Origin: Thalia democratica
Lineage: Eukaryota
DNA length: 64,000 nucleotides
NCBI GenBank assembly: GCA_965202585.1
Contig: OZ241827.1
Coordinates: 77,748,001-77,812,000 of the forward strand
Direction of reading: 5' to 3'
Below the pieces are notes generated by a model. The model searched no databases, was not told the origin of the DNA, and saw only the letters and a program-made list of their open reading frames with translations. Below, piece after piece: positions 13,511 through 26,200 of the stretch. The position numbers were made by a program, and so were the translations under genes. Numbering within the stretch: the first letter of the stretch is position 1; every line of letters starts with the position of its first letter.

Positions 13511-16500
13511 TACCAAATTCAAATACTATAGTTAATTTATTAAATAAAGTTTTATTCAATAAAACTCTAAGCTATATGATATGGACTTGTTTCCCTTTAA
13601 AGTTTAAGTTCTTTTTTTTAGTTTTAATTCTTTTATACAACTTTTGTTTTTACAACCAATTCTATAATTGAGACTAAAATTTCCAAGACTTATGATGAAA
13701 TCTTTCCAGCAATAGACAATAATAAATACTTTAAATGAGCTATAAAATGTAATAACACTGCTTACAAAACAATCATTTAGAATTTTTGGACTAAACAAAA
13801 CTTAATCAAAAAAAAATTGTAATAAAAAACGATTCATAACATAAATTAAACTCACCTTCGATTTCGCCACGTAAATTTTTTTGCTTAAATAAAACAGTGA
13901 CCAATAAAAAAAACTAATTAAAGGTCGCTATTTGCACCAGTCAGTTTTAAATTTATAAGTATAAACGCCGAATTGCAATCAAACTGTTAGTTTGATTTTT
14001 TTTTAAACAAGACTTCATTCAGTTAATTGTTTCAAATTTCCATATACTTTTATAACCATTTTAGATGATATCCGTTGTAGATTAAAATCGTCTCTTGTTC
14101 ATGTTTTAGTAAAAATCACATAACATTAAGTCGTTGTACAGGTATGTATAAGAAATCATTTAGCAGAAAAAAAAGTTTTAGTGAATGTCAGCAAACTTAT
14201 TTACAGACATGAGTTTTTTGTCTAAAAGCTTAAATTTGTTTATGCACAAATAAAAACAAAACAAAAAAAAAAGTTAAATATAAACAAAACAGTTGCACAA
14301 TAATAGAAATCTTTTTACTCGTTTTTCTAATGTGGTTAATTTAGGTAGAATGTTTTACTTATTAAATAGAGATAAGATACATAAACAAACGTTTCTATCT
14401 ATGTTTTTGGATATCATGTATTTTAATCATGGCTAACTAAAATATTTGACATAATATTATTATATATTTTTTACGAAAGGGTTTTAAACATATTGTATTC
14501 GTTGTAAAAACAAAGTGTTTACAAAACCACTCTTGTATTCTTTGAGTTAATAAATTATAAAAGCTTTATTTACCTTTTTAGTACTTTATTCAAAATATAC
14601 TGCCTAATATGTAGCAGCTTGTATAATAAACCATCATTTTAAGCAAAATAATAAAAAGTGTACCTTCCCATAAGTTGTTTGTATAACTTTAATGTTTTAC
14701 TTTCTATTTATTACTTTAAAAGTAACATACCAACAAAAGCAAAATAAAAGCTAATTTTTTCGTTAAAAAATAAGTTTCAGTTTGAAAATTTACATAGAAG
14801 AAGTAAACAGGAATAATAACAACAAAAGAAATAAACTTTACTCGCTGTATACACAAATGAGTAGAATGGTGAATACTTGAAGCTTGTTTAAGTTACACAA
14901 AAGGTTCTCGACAGTTTATAAGTCTTTGTGCCAACAAAAAACTACTTTCCATTTCAAAAAGAGCAAGAAAATAATGATAGGGTGGGGCATGAGTCATATC
15001 TTTTGTTTAAGAAGTTGAGTTTGTACAACGCAGATTCTTTTTGAAAGGAAAGAATAAATTAACACCTTATTTTTCTCCCCCTTTTTGTAGTCATGCTTAG
15101 TTGGGTTTTAGCTCGCTTTTGTTGTTTTTGTATTGGTATAGTTAAAAAAAAATAAAGTCTAAAGCACATTTACACAACTATTTTCAGTCTAACATATTTA
15201 ATTTTTGGAAAACAACAATACTTTTTTAAAATTTTTGGAATAACCAACTAGCGAAAATACGCTATATTATTTTAATTTTAAATGACAGCAAAACCTTAAG
15301 TCTCATGGTATTAGAAGTCGGTCAATTACGTACAATATAAAGCATAAAAATACACATCAAACTCTAGCTTGACACAAAAACTATCATGTTGAATTACAGC
15401 AGAGAAAATTTCCTCAAAATGACAGCGGGTTTGTATACAAAAGTCTTATTTGTCAGCTGTTTTCTTTCATGGTGCACTTGTTTTTAATTTAAGATGACAG
15501 GCAAAAACTAGAACTTAAGTTTCGAGTGCTTGTCTAAAATACAATTTCAGTCAATATTTTAAGTTTTTCTTCCATTGGGTTCTTTTCTGTATTAATGCAT
15601 AACTTATGTCAGATATTCGTTTTTGCAAAGTATCAGTTTGATGTAATTTTATATTTTTCTATCTAATCCATCCAGTTAGCTTAAAAAATTCTAGTGTTTC
15701 TTCTGTGAGATTTACTTCACAGTTTCAGTATAAAACAAATAGTTGTAAAAACATAAAAGTTACGAACACAATAGCTTTATGGTTTTAGTTTTATTCAATA
15801 TATTATGTTTAAAAAGTAGCTTCCAAAACTAAAAAACCTACTAAAATTATACTGACTGTAAAAAATGTGTGAAAATATTTTATCAGCAACATATGCATGC
15901 CATATTTAATTTGATACAGCATATGTTTTAAATGATCCAGTTCTTTTTTTAGTTTTACTGACATTTAAGTAATTAATTATTACATCTGTGACACTTGATT
16001 ATAAACAGAAGCAAACTGGAAATGTGTTTAGACATGTTGTTTTTTTTTTTGTTATTTTTTTTTGTTGTCTATTTTAAGATTTACCTTCTGCTAAATCATA
16101 TTGAAATTAAGTTTTAGTCAATAAACATTATTTTGTAGCTTAATTTGTCTAACTGTTTGTTTAAGTATAAAAACTTATTTTCTCAAGCTAAGTTTTTATT
16201 TCTGCTTAGAAGCATTTCAGTTTATATATGTTTTAATGTAGTTCTTTTAATATATTTAGCTAATATAGTGCTATGACTATTCTGTCTTTTTTTAAACATT
16301 AATTGTTATCGAAAACTTATTTTTTGTACTGAATTTTATAAACGAAAAGTTTTTTCAGTTTAAAAAAATTTAATTTATATACTTTTTCTTAATGTCTTTT
16401 TTACTACATTTTAGAAAATTTTAATAGTATAGAAAAAAAAAAAAACATTATCTAAAACTAATGATAAAAGTTGTAAACAATTAAAATTAAAATGTGACAA

Positions 16501-16656
16501 AAATATCTATTAAATACCTGTTATTTTTCTTTACAAAAAAAAAGTTTGAAATTGTTTTTATCAAATCGTATTTTTCTAAACTATTTTTTTTTACTTAGAG
16601 AAAAAGAAACAAACTAATTTAATAACATATAAAAAAAAACTTTTAATATTTTTCAG

Positions 16657-17240
16657 GACAAGTAGTTCTTGCTCGATCACTTGACAGAGAAACGGAGAAA
16701 TATTATTGGCTGACAATAGCATCACGTGATAAGCAGGGTTCATATCTATCTGAAGACTATATAAATGTAGCAGTGACAGTTATGGATGTTAATGACAACT
16801 ATCCAGTTTCTGACCAGCCAAGCTACAATATCTCGTTAGTTATATAGAACATGTTATGTTATAAATAAACTAAAATACCATAAAAAGAAAATTGTTTAAA
16901 AAATTAATATAAGTAACAGTGAAAAAAAATTTTAGTGAAACTTGTTTGTAAATAAAGCTGTCTTAAACTTTACGTTTATTACAAAACCTTAAAGTATCTT
17001 AAAAACTAAAAAATTTTGATTTGTAAATTTGTTAAAATTGTTATACTATATATATTTAAACTTTAAAGCAAATAGTTCCTAAAATTAAATTAAATGTTAC
17101 TTATTACAGTGTGGATTTGGGAACACCCGTTAACACTCCTATATTAAATATACAAGCTTCTGACAAAGACGAAGGTTTAAATGGAAAGTTTACATACACT
17201 ATCTTGAAAACAGAAATATTCAAAATAAACTCTGAAACAG
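16657..17240 (+). CDS. Copy A exons 1-2 (cadherin repeats about EC10b-EC11a)
   Basis: QVVLARSLDRETEKYYWLTIASRDKQG...VMDVNDNYP and SVDLGTPVNTPILNIQASDKDEGLNG...INSETG. Missed by the ORF track (too short); canonical splice sites. The first exon resembles FAT1 EC10 (LDRE..hYWLTv..tD), recalled from family knowledge. Confidence 0.9.
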
Positions 17241-20200
17241 GTTAATTTCAAAAGTATTTACGTGTTTGTTTGCTATTTTTGAAGTACTGAAAATTTGTAA
17301 AAAACAAACAAATTTATTGAGCTAGTGTTCAGCAACATTAAAGAATATAATAATCAAGTTTCAATTATAAGTTGCTGTAGATCTTTTAAAACATTTTAAA
17401 ATAATAGCTTTAAAAATATTGTTCTTAACAAATGAAAATTTTAACACAATTATTTTTATTATAGAAGTCGTTTTGCTTAAATTTATATCACCCCTTAGCT
17501 TATATTTACTTTTTTAATCTATGTTATTTTTGTACTACTTAATTTTTGTTTATAGGTATGACTTTTTTATAGTTACCGTTAAAATCTAAAATATTATTTA
17601 AGCGTTTAAGATAAAATTTAAGCGTATGCTATAAAAGATCCTAGCGAAACAAGTTTATTATAATATATAGTAGTATCAAAAATCGTAAAACATTGTTAAG
17701 TTTAAAAAACAGCTGATATTAAATAACTTTTTAATGTAGTTTAACTTCAACTCATTGTTGTAAATATATATAAGTAAAAGCATGCTTTTTGACATAACTA
17801 AAAATAGTTAAAAAAGGGCGGACCAAAAAAGCTCAATAAAGTTCTTACAAATACAGCTGATATAATGAGACTAGAAAATTACGCAGTAAAACATATATAC
17901 ACATCATAAAGTTAAAAATGACGTCAAAAATTTATACGTGGTTTCTTGTCATTTTAATTAGTTTTGTCTACTTTTGATGTACTTAGCTGAAAAATGTAGT
18001 CACGTAAAGGTCAAAACGCTTGTCAATATAGTAGGTATGCTAACGATAGTAATTAGTATTTAAACTTAAGACATATAATGCACTTGTTAAGTACGCTCTC
18101 AAATAACACGTTTGGCTACAACTAGAACGAATTCGGTAACATCAAAAATAAAGTTTGGCTAAAAATGTACTGAGAATTACTCAATTTAATCTTTTTTAAA
18201 TTTAATATTAATTAAACATCGTTTCCTTTGTTGTTATGAAAAGTTATAATTACTAATAAAAAATAAATATGTAAATTGATTCTATAACAAGTTACAATAA
18301 TTAAGCTGTAGAATGTTTACTAAATTTTAATAAAGTTTCAAAGTTGACAAAAAAAACTTATATGACCTGTAAGTCACAATAAAAACTAATTTCACTTACA
18401 ATACCCTGTGAGTTTACAAAAAGAAAGCTAAATTAAACAATTGAAACCGCTCTCACAGAAAATGAGCTAATCCCTATTTACTTTTACCGTTTAACTTAGC
18501 CAGTCAAAAGCTATTTTGAATGTCTTTTGTAAATCAGTAGCGCGTAGAAGTAAAAGGATAATATTTAAATTTACGTGCGATTAGACATATTAAAAGTCGC
18601 AGTCTCTACAAAAGCTAATTCCAACTGGATATTAATAAAGTTTTTAAAATAAGTTTTCGAATATAATTTTAAATGATATTAAAAAAACGATAAGTAAAAG
18701 ATAAAAGCTTTTATAGTTTTACTTTTCCTTAACCAAGTCTACGGTTTGATAAAAATATTTATTTAAAATAAAGGGTTTGTTTGATAAACTGATATCTGGC
18801 TGGTTTATTTTATTTCAAAACCTATCAATTAATACTTTAAAACACATTTAAAGTTTAATAAATTCTTCTGTAACTTTTAATATCGTTTTTGATAAAATAA
18901 ATCTAAAAATTATCAATTACACAGGTAAAAAGTTTAAAGCAAAAACAACATTGATATAATTTTGTTTATAGAAATATATACCTAAAATGTTTTCCTAATA
19001 GTTTAAAAAAACTACTTATATATATAAAGTAAAAATAATACACATACCTGTTTTAATAAATGCGCATAGGTAGAGCTCAACACTTATAAAAATTACCTTT
19101 AAAACATTAAATTGCCATAGAAACTAAAGAACCGAAATAGATTGTAAAACTGGTCATAATAGCCAAGAGTTTGTTTACACTTCACTAGGAAGATCAAACG
19201 CAGTTAAACTGCTCATTTAGCAATTATTTGTTTTAAAGCAACAATGCTTTGTAAGTGAACTTGTTTTGATTTGAAAGCATCAATCTAATTAAAAAAGATA
19301 ACATAATAAAGTAGTAATTATTTCCTGTTCATTTGATCCCTACCAATTATGCATAGAAGGGGTTAATTTTATGAGCAAGTCTTCATAATGATTTATAACT
19401 TAAGAAAAGATGTTTGGAAAGCATTTATAGTTCAGCAACTCAAATTAAAAAAATATCGAATGAAAAATTTACATTAATTTTATCCAAGATAGAATTTATC
19501 AAAAAATAGATATACTCTTTTTTTTTCTTACAGAGATTTTATTTAGCACATTGAAATTTTTTTATAATTTATAAAAATATCTGCTTCAAACACTTGCAGT
19601 ATTTTTTTTTTTATTACAAGGCTAAAAATTGATGAAAATTTTTACTTTTTAAGTAAGATAGCAATTGCTTGTGTTACTTAAGTTTTATTTATTCTTTAGA
19701 TGATGTTACAAAACAATATTTGTTTTATCTTGCTTTGTGTATTGTCTCAACTCTTGTTACGAAATATTGAATGAAGCTTATAAATAAACACAAAACTTTC
19801 ATTTTACAAATCTTATTTGTTCAAGAAATCATTATTCTTCTGCAATTTAATAAAATGAAATGTTTTTATTACATACGAATAAGGATTGTCTATTCAATGA
19901 AACACGTCAAAATATTTGTGTAAACCACAATTACTTTAAAAATCTGAAATTCATCTAATAAATAATAAAATTAGAATTTTTTACATTTTGTTGGTTGAAT
20001 TGAAAACATAAAATTGGTAATTTATCAACTAATGTTATTGAAATGTCAGTTATGTAGATAAACAAGTGTACATAATTCCTAATTAACAAAACATGGCATA
20101 TGCACTGAATTAACCTCAAACTAAATGCAGCAAACATATATTGATCACTCTCAAGTCTAATACTTGCGTTTAGTTCTAATTTTACAAAGTAGATCTTATT

Positions 20201-23200
20201 ATCATTATTTTTGTCAAAAATATTTTCTAACACTTTATTAAATACAAGAATAAACTTGTTGTAATTCTAAAGGTAACGATTAAAACATTTTTAAAAAAAA
20301 TGTCCTGTCATAAAACCTACATTTTGAAATGAACTTTTATTAAATACGTTGTCAAAAGTTTTATACAAACTTTTGCAATTGATTGTATCCTGTATTTTTA
20401 TGTTTTTAGTAATCAATAATACTAAAGTTTATTTGAAAACTCTTATGAACAAGGTCTTTAAAACTATTTTACGAGTTGTTTGATGTGGTCAGACTTTGAT
20501 TTTCGTTTCCTTACAACAATATGCATTTGACTGCAAAAATATACAAATTTGATGTTAGCAGCCAGGTGTTTTATTTTTTATTTGTAAAGATATTATAAAA
20601 TTCATACTTCAACACCTACTTATTTGTCTTAATTATTTGAAATATAAAGCTTACTTAACAAAGCAAAGTGTATGTGTTTAAAATCAAAATAAATTTAATT
20701 TAGTATGTATAACTTGTTTAAAATGTAAACCTAAAAAAATTAATTATTTTGATTAATTTTGTTTTCTGTGGTGTATAATTTATAAAACTGAACAGAAACG
20801 TCGTTAAAAAATCGTTTATATTAAACAGTTAAAATACTTACTATAACTGTAAAGTTCATAATATATATGTTATTCTTTACACTCGTATATACAGTAAAAT
20901 AAACGACTGTTGAAAGGAAATCTTTTAAAAGCTTTAATTACTTTATTTTTCTAAATGGAATCAAAAACAAAAAATATTAAAAAACTAAAAACAATCTAAA
21001 GAGTAATACACTTGATGTTATAACACAGTTATAAAAAGTTGTACGACAACAAAAACAAGTCAGTTAAATTTTTGACAAAAACTTCTTGTGTTTAAAATAA
21101 AACTACAGTAAGGTACATAGGATAGTAAAAATAAAGAACAAATATAAACGTTCATGCAAAACTGTTACTTCTCAGCAGGAGACTAGTTTACAAAATATAA
21201 TAAAATTTAGACAACTTGGGTGGTTACTTCAAAGGAAACCAAAAGTCTTAAAATATTATTTTACCTATAAACTTTATAGAAATGTTTATTGTTTATTACC
21301 ACAAAGATAAATAAATTACGTAATCGTAATAAAGTAATTTATCATAATTTGTTGTCTTATAAACATTAACCAAGTGGTTCTGTTTATTAACAAAAACGCT
21401 ACCCTATCTTATATTAAGATTTAAATAAACATATAAAGTATTAGTTAATTTTTATTACGTTTTTTCCTTTATATTAGCTTATATTAAATAATTAAATATT
21501 AAACATTTTTAAATGGAATTCTTTTTGTGCTTTTAAAACAGCTTAAAGTATTTAAAGTTATGTAAATAAAAAGCATCAAAAAATGTATTTTAATTTTCAC
21601 AACATTCCCACGCTTTGTAGTTCTGTGTGTTTTTACCGCAATTATGACGTAGTTAAGAATATATAAATTGAGCTTGTTTAATACCAAGCTTCTGTACAAC
21701 TAGACAAAACTAAATGTAATTATGTATTTGTGTATTAGGATAATTTATAATTTACTTTTACTTCATTATTTAATAAACTAAAACTAATAAAAATGAACAA
21801 AATGTTTTAAGACTAGAGTATACGTTAGGTAAATAATACTTGTACTTTTTATTTATTAACTTATTTATAAATAACAAAGTTTAATCTTATTAACATTTAT
21901 ACGTAGTTTCTCTATCAGTTAAAAGTAGACAACGTTAAATAACTAATAGAAGAAATAAGAATGTTAATTAAGAATTAGTTTATTTTTTAAATGATTAATT
22001 TTTAATGATGTAGTGTATAACTAAATAAGAAGTAATTCTTAAGTTTTATATGAAAAGTAAACTAAAAATTAGTTATGTTTTATTATTTTTTTAACCGTTT
22101 TAAATTTACTTGTAGGTCAAATATACACTGCAAAAGAGCTGGTACCAAATGTACTCGATGGGTTAAAACAAATTTCGTTCGTTGTAAGTTTTAATTCAAA
22201 TATTCATGAAACTATTTATAAAGTTTAGTTTTAAACTCAAGATTTTATAATGTAATATGACTCAACTTAAAAGCAAAAGTTTTAAATTTTAATCTTTATT
22301 TAGTCTTATAATGATTTCTGAGGTTTTCACTTTATAAAAAACTGAACGTAAATTTTTTATAGCTGTGTTGATAGATATATTTATCTATCTTTAAAAGGTA
22401 AATGAGTGGAGTATCTTTTATATCTTAAAGTAGCTGTTTTGTTTAAAACTTTATTCAAAGTCTTGATTGTATTTAAAATTGTAAAGATTAACTAACGTAA
22501 TTTCAAAAATTACTTAAAAAATAGAGAATACTTAAAACTTATCAAAATTTTGTTCAAAGTTACGATTTTATGACGTAAAAAAAAACCCCGTCGTGAAATG
22601 AACTGTAAATTTTTGACACAATTTATTTTTTTGTATTTTTGCATAAATCTATATTATTGAACTCTTGTACAATTGGTAACTTCATACTGAATAATAATGA
22701 AAACTTATTAAACTTACTTTATTTACTTTAAGTTTAATTGAAGCACCTTTCTTCTTTTAATAATGTTTGTTATATAATACCTAAATATTTGTACTAAACT
22801 ACTAAAAAAATGTTTTATTTTTGGTTTACTTGTTGTATACATTTTTAAGTATAATTAATCTTAAATAATAATGATTTTAAACTGTACTTAAATAAAAATA
22901 TAAAATAACTTTTATATTTTAATTACATTTCAAAACTAGAATACAGAAATTGACAAAAAGTATAAAGCTAGCTCTACTTTTTCATGTTTTGTTATAATAT
23001 TAACAACTTTATCTCAAAGGTTTATGTTGCTATCAGAAAAACTTCTACTTAACAATACATAATATTATCAAACGAATTCTAATTTGACCTGATTAAAAAG
23101 TATTTTAGCAAACAATCTACACAATATTAGCAGTAAATTTAAATTCGAGTTACTCATAAAATTTTCGACAAATCCTTAAAAAAAATTCTTTCTGATGACA

Positions 23201-26200
23201 GTTTCCAGATTTTACACTTTAAATTCATAAGTTTTTTATTACTAGATTCTTAAGCTCTGCACTTATGTATTCTTTTTCTATGACCTTACTGATTAAATAA
23301 ATCAAAAACCACTAAAAGAAAGCAGTCGATTTATTTTCTTCGCGTAATTAATTATGACAACAATAAATATTTCAAATTGACCTTGACTTACGATTGTTTA
23401 GAGAAAAGGTTTAATAGTTTAAATAAGAAAGTTTTTACTTTCCCAAGAACAAACACTTGTGTTTTTAATTAACCAAAAAGTTATAAGCAAACAACTTTAT
23501 AATAAATATCATGAAGTTTAATGCTATTTTATTTTTGGTTTATTTAGGAAACTGTTTTGTATTTTTATCTATAATGCGTTTTCAAGCTAGGTAAGTTATC
23601 ATAATTAACTGATCATAAATCAAGTCGTTTTATTTTCACATGAAGTTAGCTTTAGTAAAGAACATCTACTGTTTACTAACATTTATTTTTTTTTTTTAAT
23701 TTGTAAGGTAAATATGGAAGATAAAGGAGTACCAAGTTTATCATCTCAAGTTCCAGTGACTATAAACTTTAACCAGAAAAACTTTAATGAAGGTGGACTT
23801 TTTATTTGGTCAGATAATAATTTATTGTCTGATATTCGGTTATGGAGAAACGAACAAGATTCACAAGAAATGTCAGTTGTTAATTTAATTTTGATTTTTT
23901 ACACGTTTATTTAATTATTAAGCCAAAAAAAAGTTTCCTTTTACGTTTTTGTTTAATTTAAATAAGATGAATTACAATAAAATAGTGTATAATTACAAAC
24001 AATTATTTTAACCAACTAAAGTATTAGTTTTTTATCTTATTTTTTGAAACTTTACGAAATAATTTCTAGAGTTTTTATTGATCTGTTTTATTAGAAGTTA
24101 AAAACCCTTCGATTTTAAAATATTAATTATGATAAATAGGTCTAATGAAACATTTAATACCATTATGTTGTATTTAAACTACAGAATTAGAATAAAAGCA
24201 TATGGTACTCACCAAGAAGCAGTAAATATTAAATACTCATTGATTGAAACGGATGATTACATAATAGATGAAAACACTGGAGTTATACACACAAGTAGAA
24301 GCAACTACCAACTAAACACAGTGAAAACAATTAGGGTAAATTTTTAGTTAAAAGATTTTCTACTGTAAGTGTTAAAAAAAAAATTTAGCAGAGTACTTTA
24401 AATTTAAAAAAAGTTTTATACTTACTCTAAGTCCTTAATTATTACTATAGTGTTAGAAAAGAAGATTTTCTGCTTTTTAATTTCTTTCTAAGTCTAAACT
24501 AAATTTAATCGTTAGAATAATTATCTACAGGTAAAAGCAACGGACAAGTATTCTAATGAAGCTTTTGTACAATTAGCCATAACCTGGGTTCAACGACCAA
24601 GCTTGCCAAGAAAGTCTAAACTTGCATTTGAAGAGAGAATTCACAAGTACAAACATCAGGAACATACAAATTTCAAACCTTACAGAGACAGATTTATTGC
24701 AAACATCAAACCTGTAAAATCAATATACAACAAAAACTTGCAGTATATGTTAATTGGTTAGTAAAAAAAAAAAACTTTTCTTTGCAAGTATAACATCAAA
24801 AAAAAACTTCACGATAAAAAAAATATGTTTTTTTTGATAAATGTTTCAATAAAACATCTTTTTTTTTTGCATAACACAACTACATGAATAATTACAGTTG
24901 AGTTAGCTCAAATCTAAGATATTATGTTTATTATTTATGCATAAAAATGCACTCTAATTAAACTTCGACACATTATAAGAGACAAAAATGTTGTAGTTAA
25001 GTCACATAATAAAAAAAATGCTTAAGGTTCTAACTCGGAAAAAGATACTTACTTTGTTTAGAAAAACTTTACTAGCTTTTTTGATAACATTGAAAGAAAT
25101 TTTAACATTATATAAACTACTAACACCAGACGAAAACTAACAAAAACATGTTATTCTGTATCATAATAAAAGTTAATGTGTAACAGAAACTTCTAATCCG
25201 ACAACACATTGACCCGATAATCAGACAAAATAAACCGATAATCCGTCTAATGCGGTTTAACACTGTTAACTAAAATATTTTGATAGTTCTTAAAGTTGTT
25301 TATCAAAAAAAGTTATATTTACTAAGTCAAACATAGTCTGATAATTGTTGCTTAAATCTTTTAAGTATTTATTTTTTATTTAAATAAAAATTAATTTTAT
25401 ACCTTTTAAAACTGAGCGCAGCTAAACAAATTAATTAACTTTTTATTTTATGTTTTCAAATTGAATAATTATTTTTGACTCTCACTCGTTAAAATCTTAC
25501 ACATAAGTAAAACAACAATAAATGTTGTAAAGTATAATTGACACAACCCTTAAAAAACACATTTATTTTTGAGAAAGCAATTGATCAACTCAATCGAATT
25601 TTTGTCACCAGAGAATATCAATTTACTGCAGCTTATATCCGCCTCAAATGTAAAATATTTACTTTATATAAAAGATTTTGATTAATTGCTTTTTTATTTT
25701 AGTTTATCTCTTAATTGTATCAGTATAGGCAACGCATTGCTGTTTTATTGATTATCATACACAGTTAATAGTTCAGCTTTTATAAAAACAAGTTTGAAAA
25801 GTATTTTTCTAATTTCAGGCAGAAAAGGATTTACAATTTAAGAATAGTAAAAATTACCGTTGTGGTTTATAACGAATTATTTTGAAAAAATTACAGGTAA
25901 AATTTTTGAAACCTAAACTTTTTAAGCTGAGAGTAACTAATGTATTTGGTGAGCTTAAACCACAAAAAAAAAAAAAAACTTAAACCAATATGAATTTAAT
26001 TCAAATTATCCATTTACTCAGATGGAAATGAAGACTTAATGTTCTTTTTGCATCCAAATAGTGGAAACCTGTATGTATTTGGTGAACCTGATGCTGAGAA
26101 AATAAATAAGTATCAATTAACCGTGCAAATCTCAAATGGACAAGCTACTAAATCAACACAAGTAATATACTCAGTTTAGATTTACTCAAATACTAAATGC

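Larger units (their letters stand above)
14700..25687 (+). repeat. Segmental tandem duplication, copy A side (pairs with about 52750-64000)
   Basis: Colinear introns and exons at offset about 38.0-38.3 kb (16657/54771; 23714/62030). Weaker similarity may extend left to about 14.2 kb. Confidence 0.95.

Noticed and set aside
21499-21699. Minus-strand ORF repeated at 59785-60000
   Set aside because: Intronic, AT-rich and low complexity. It recurs only because of the segmental duplication, and stop positions differ between copies.
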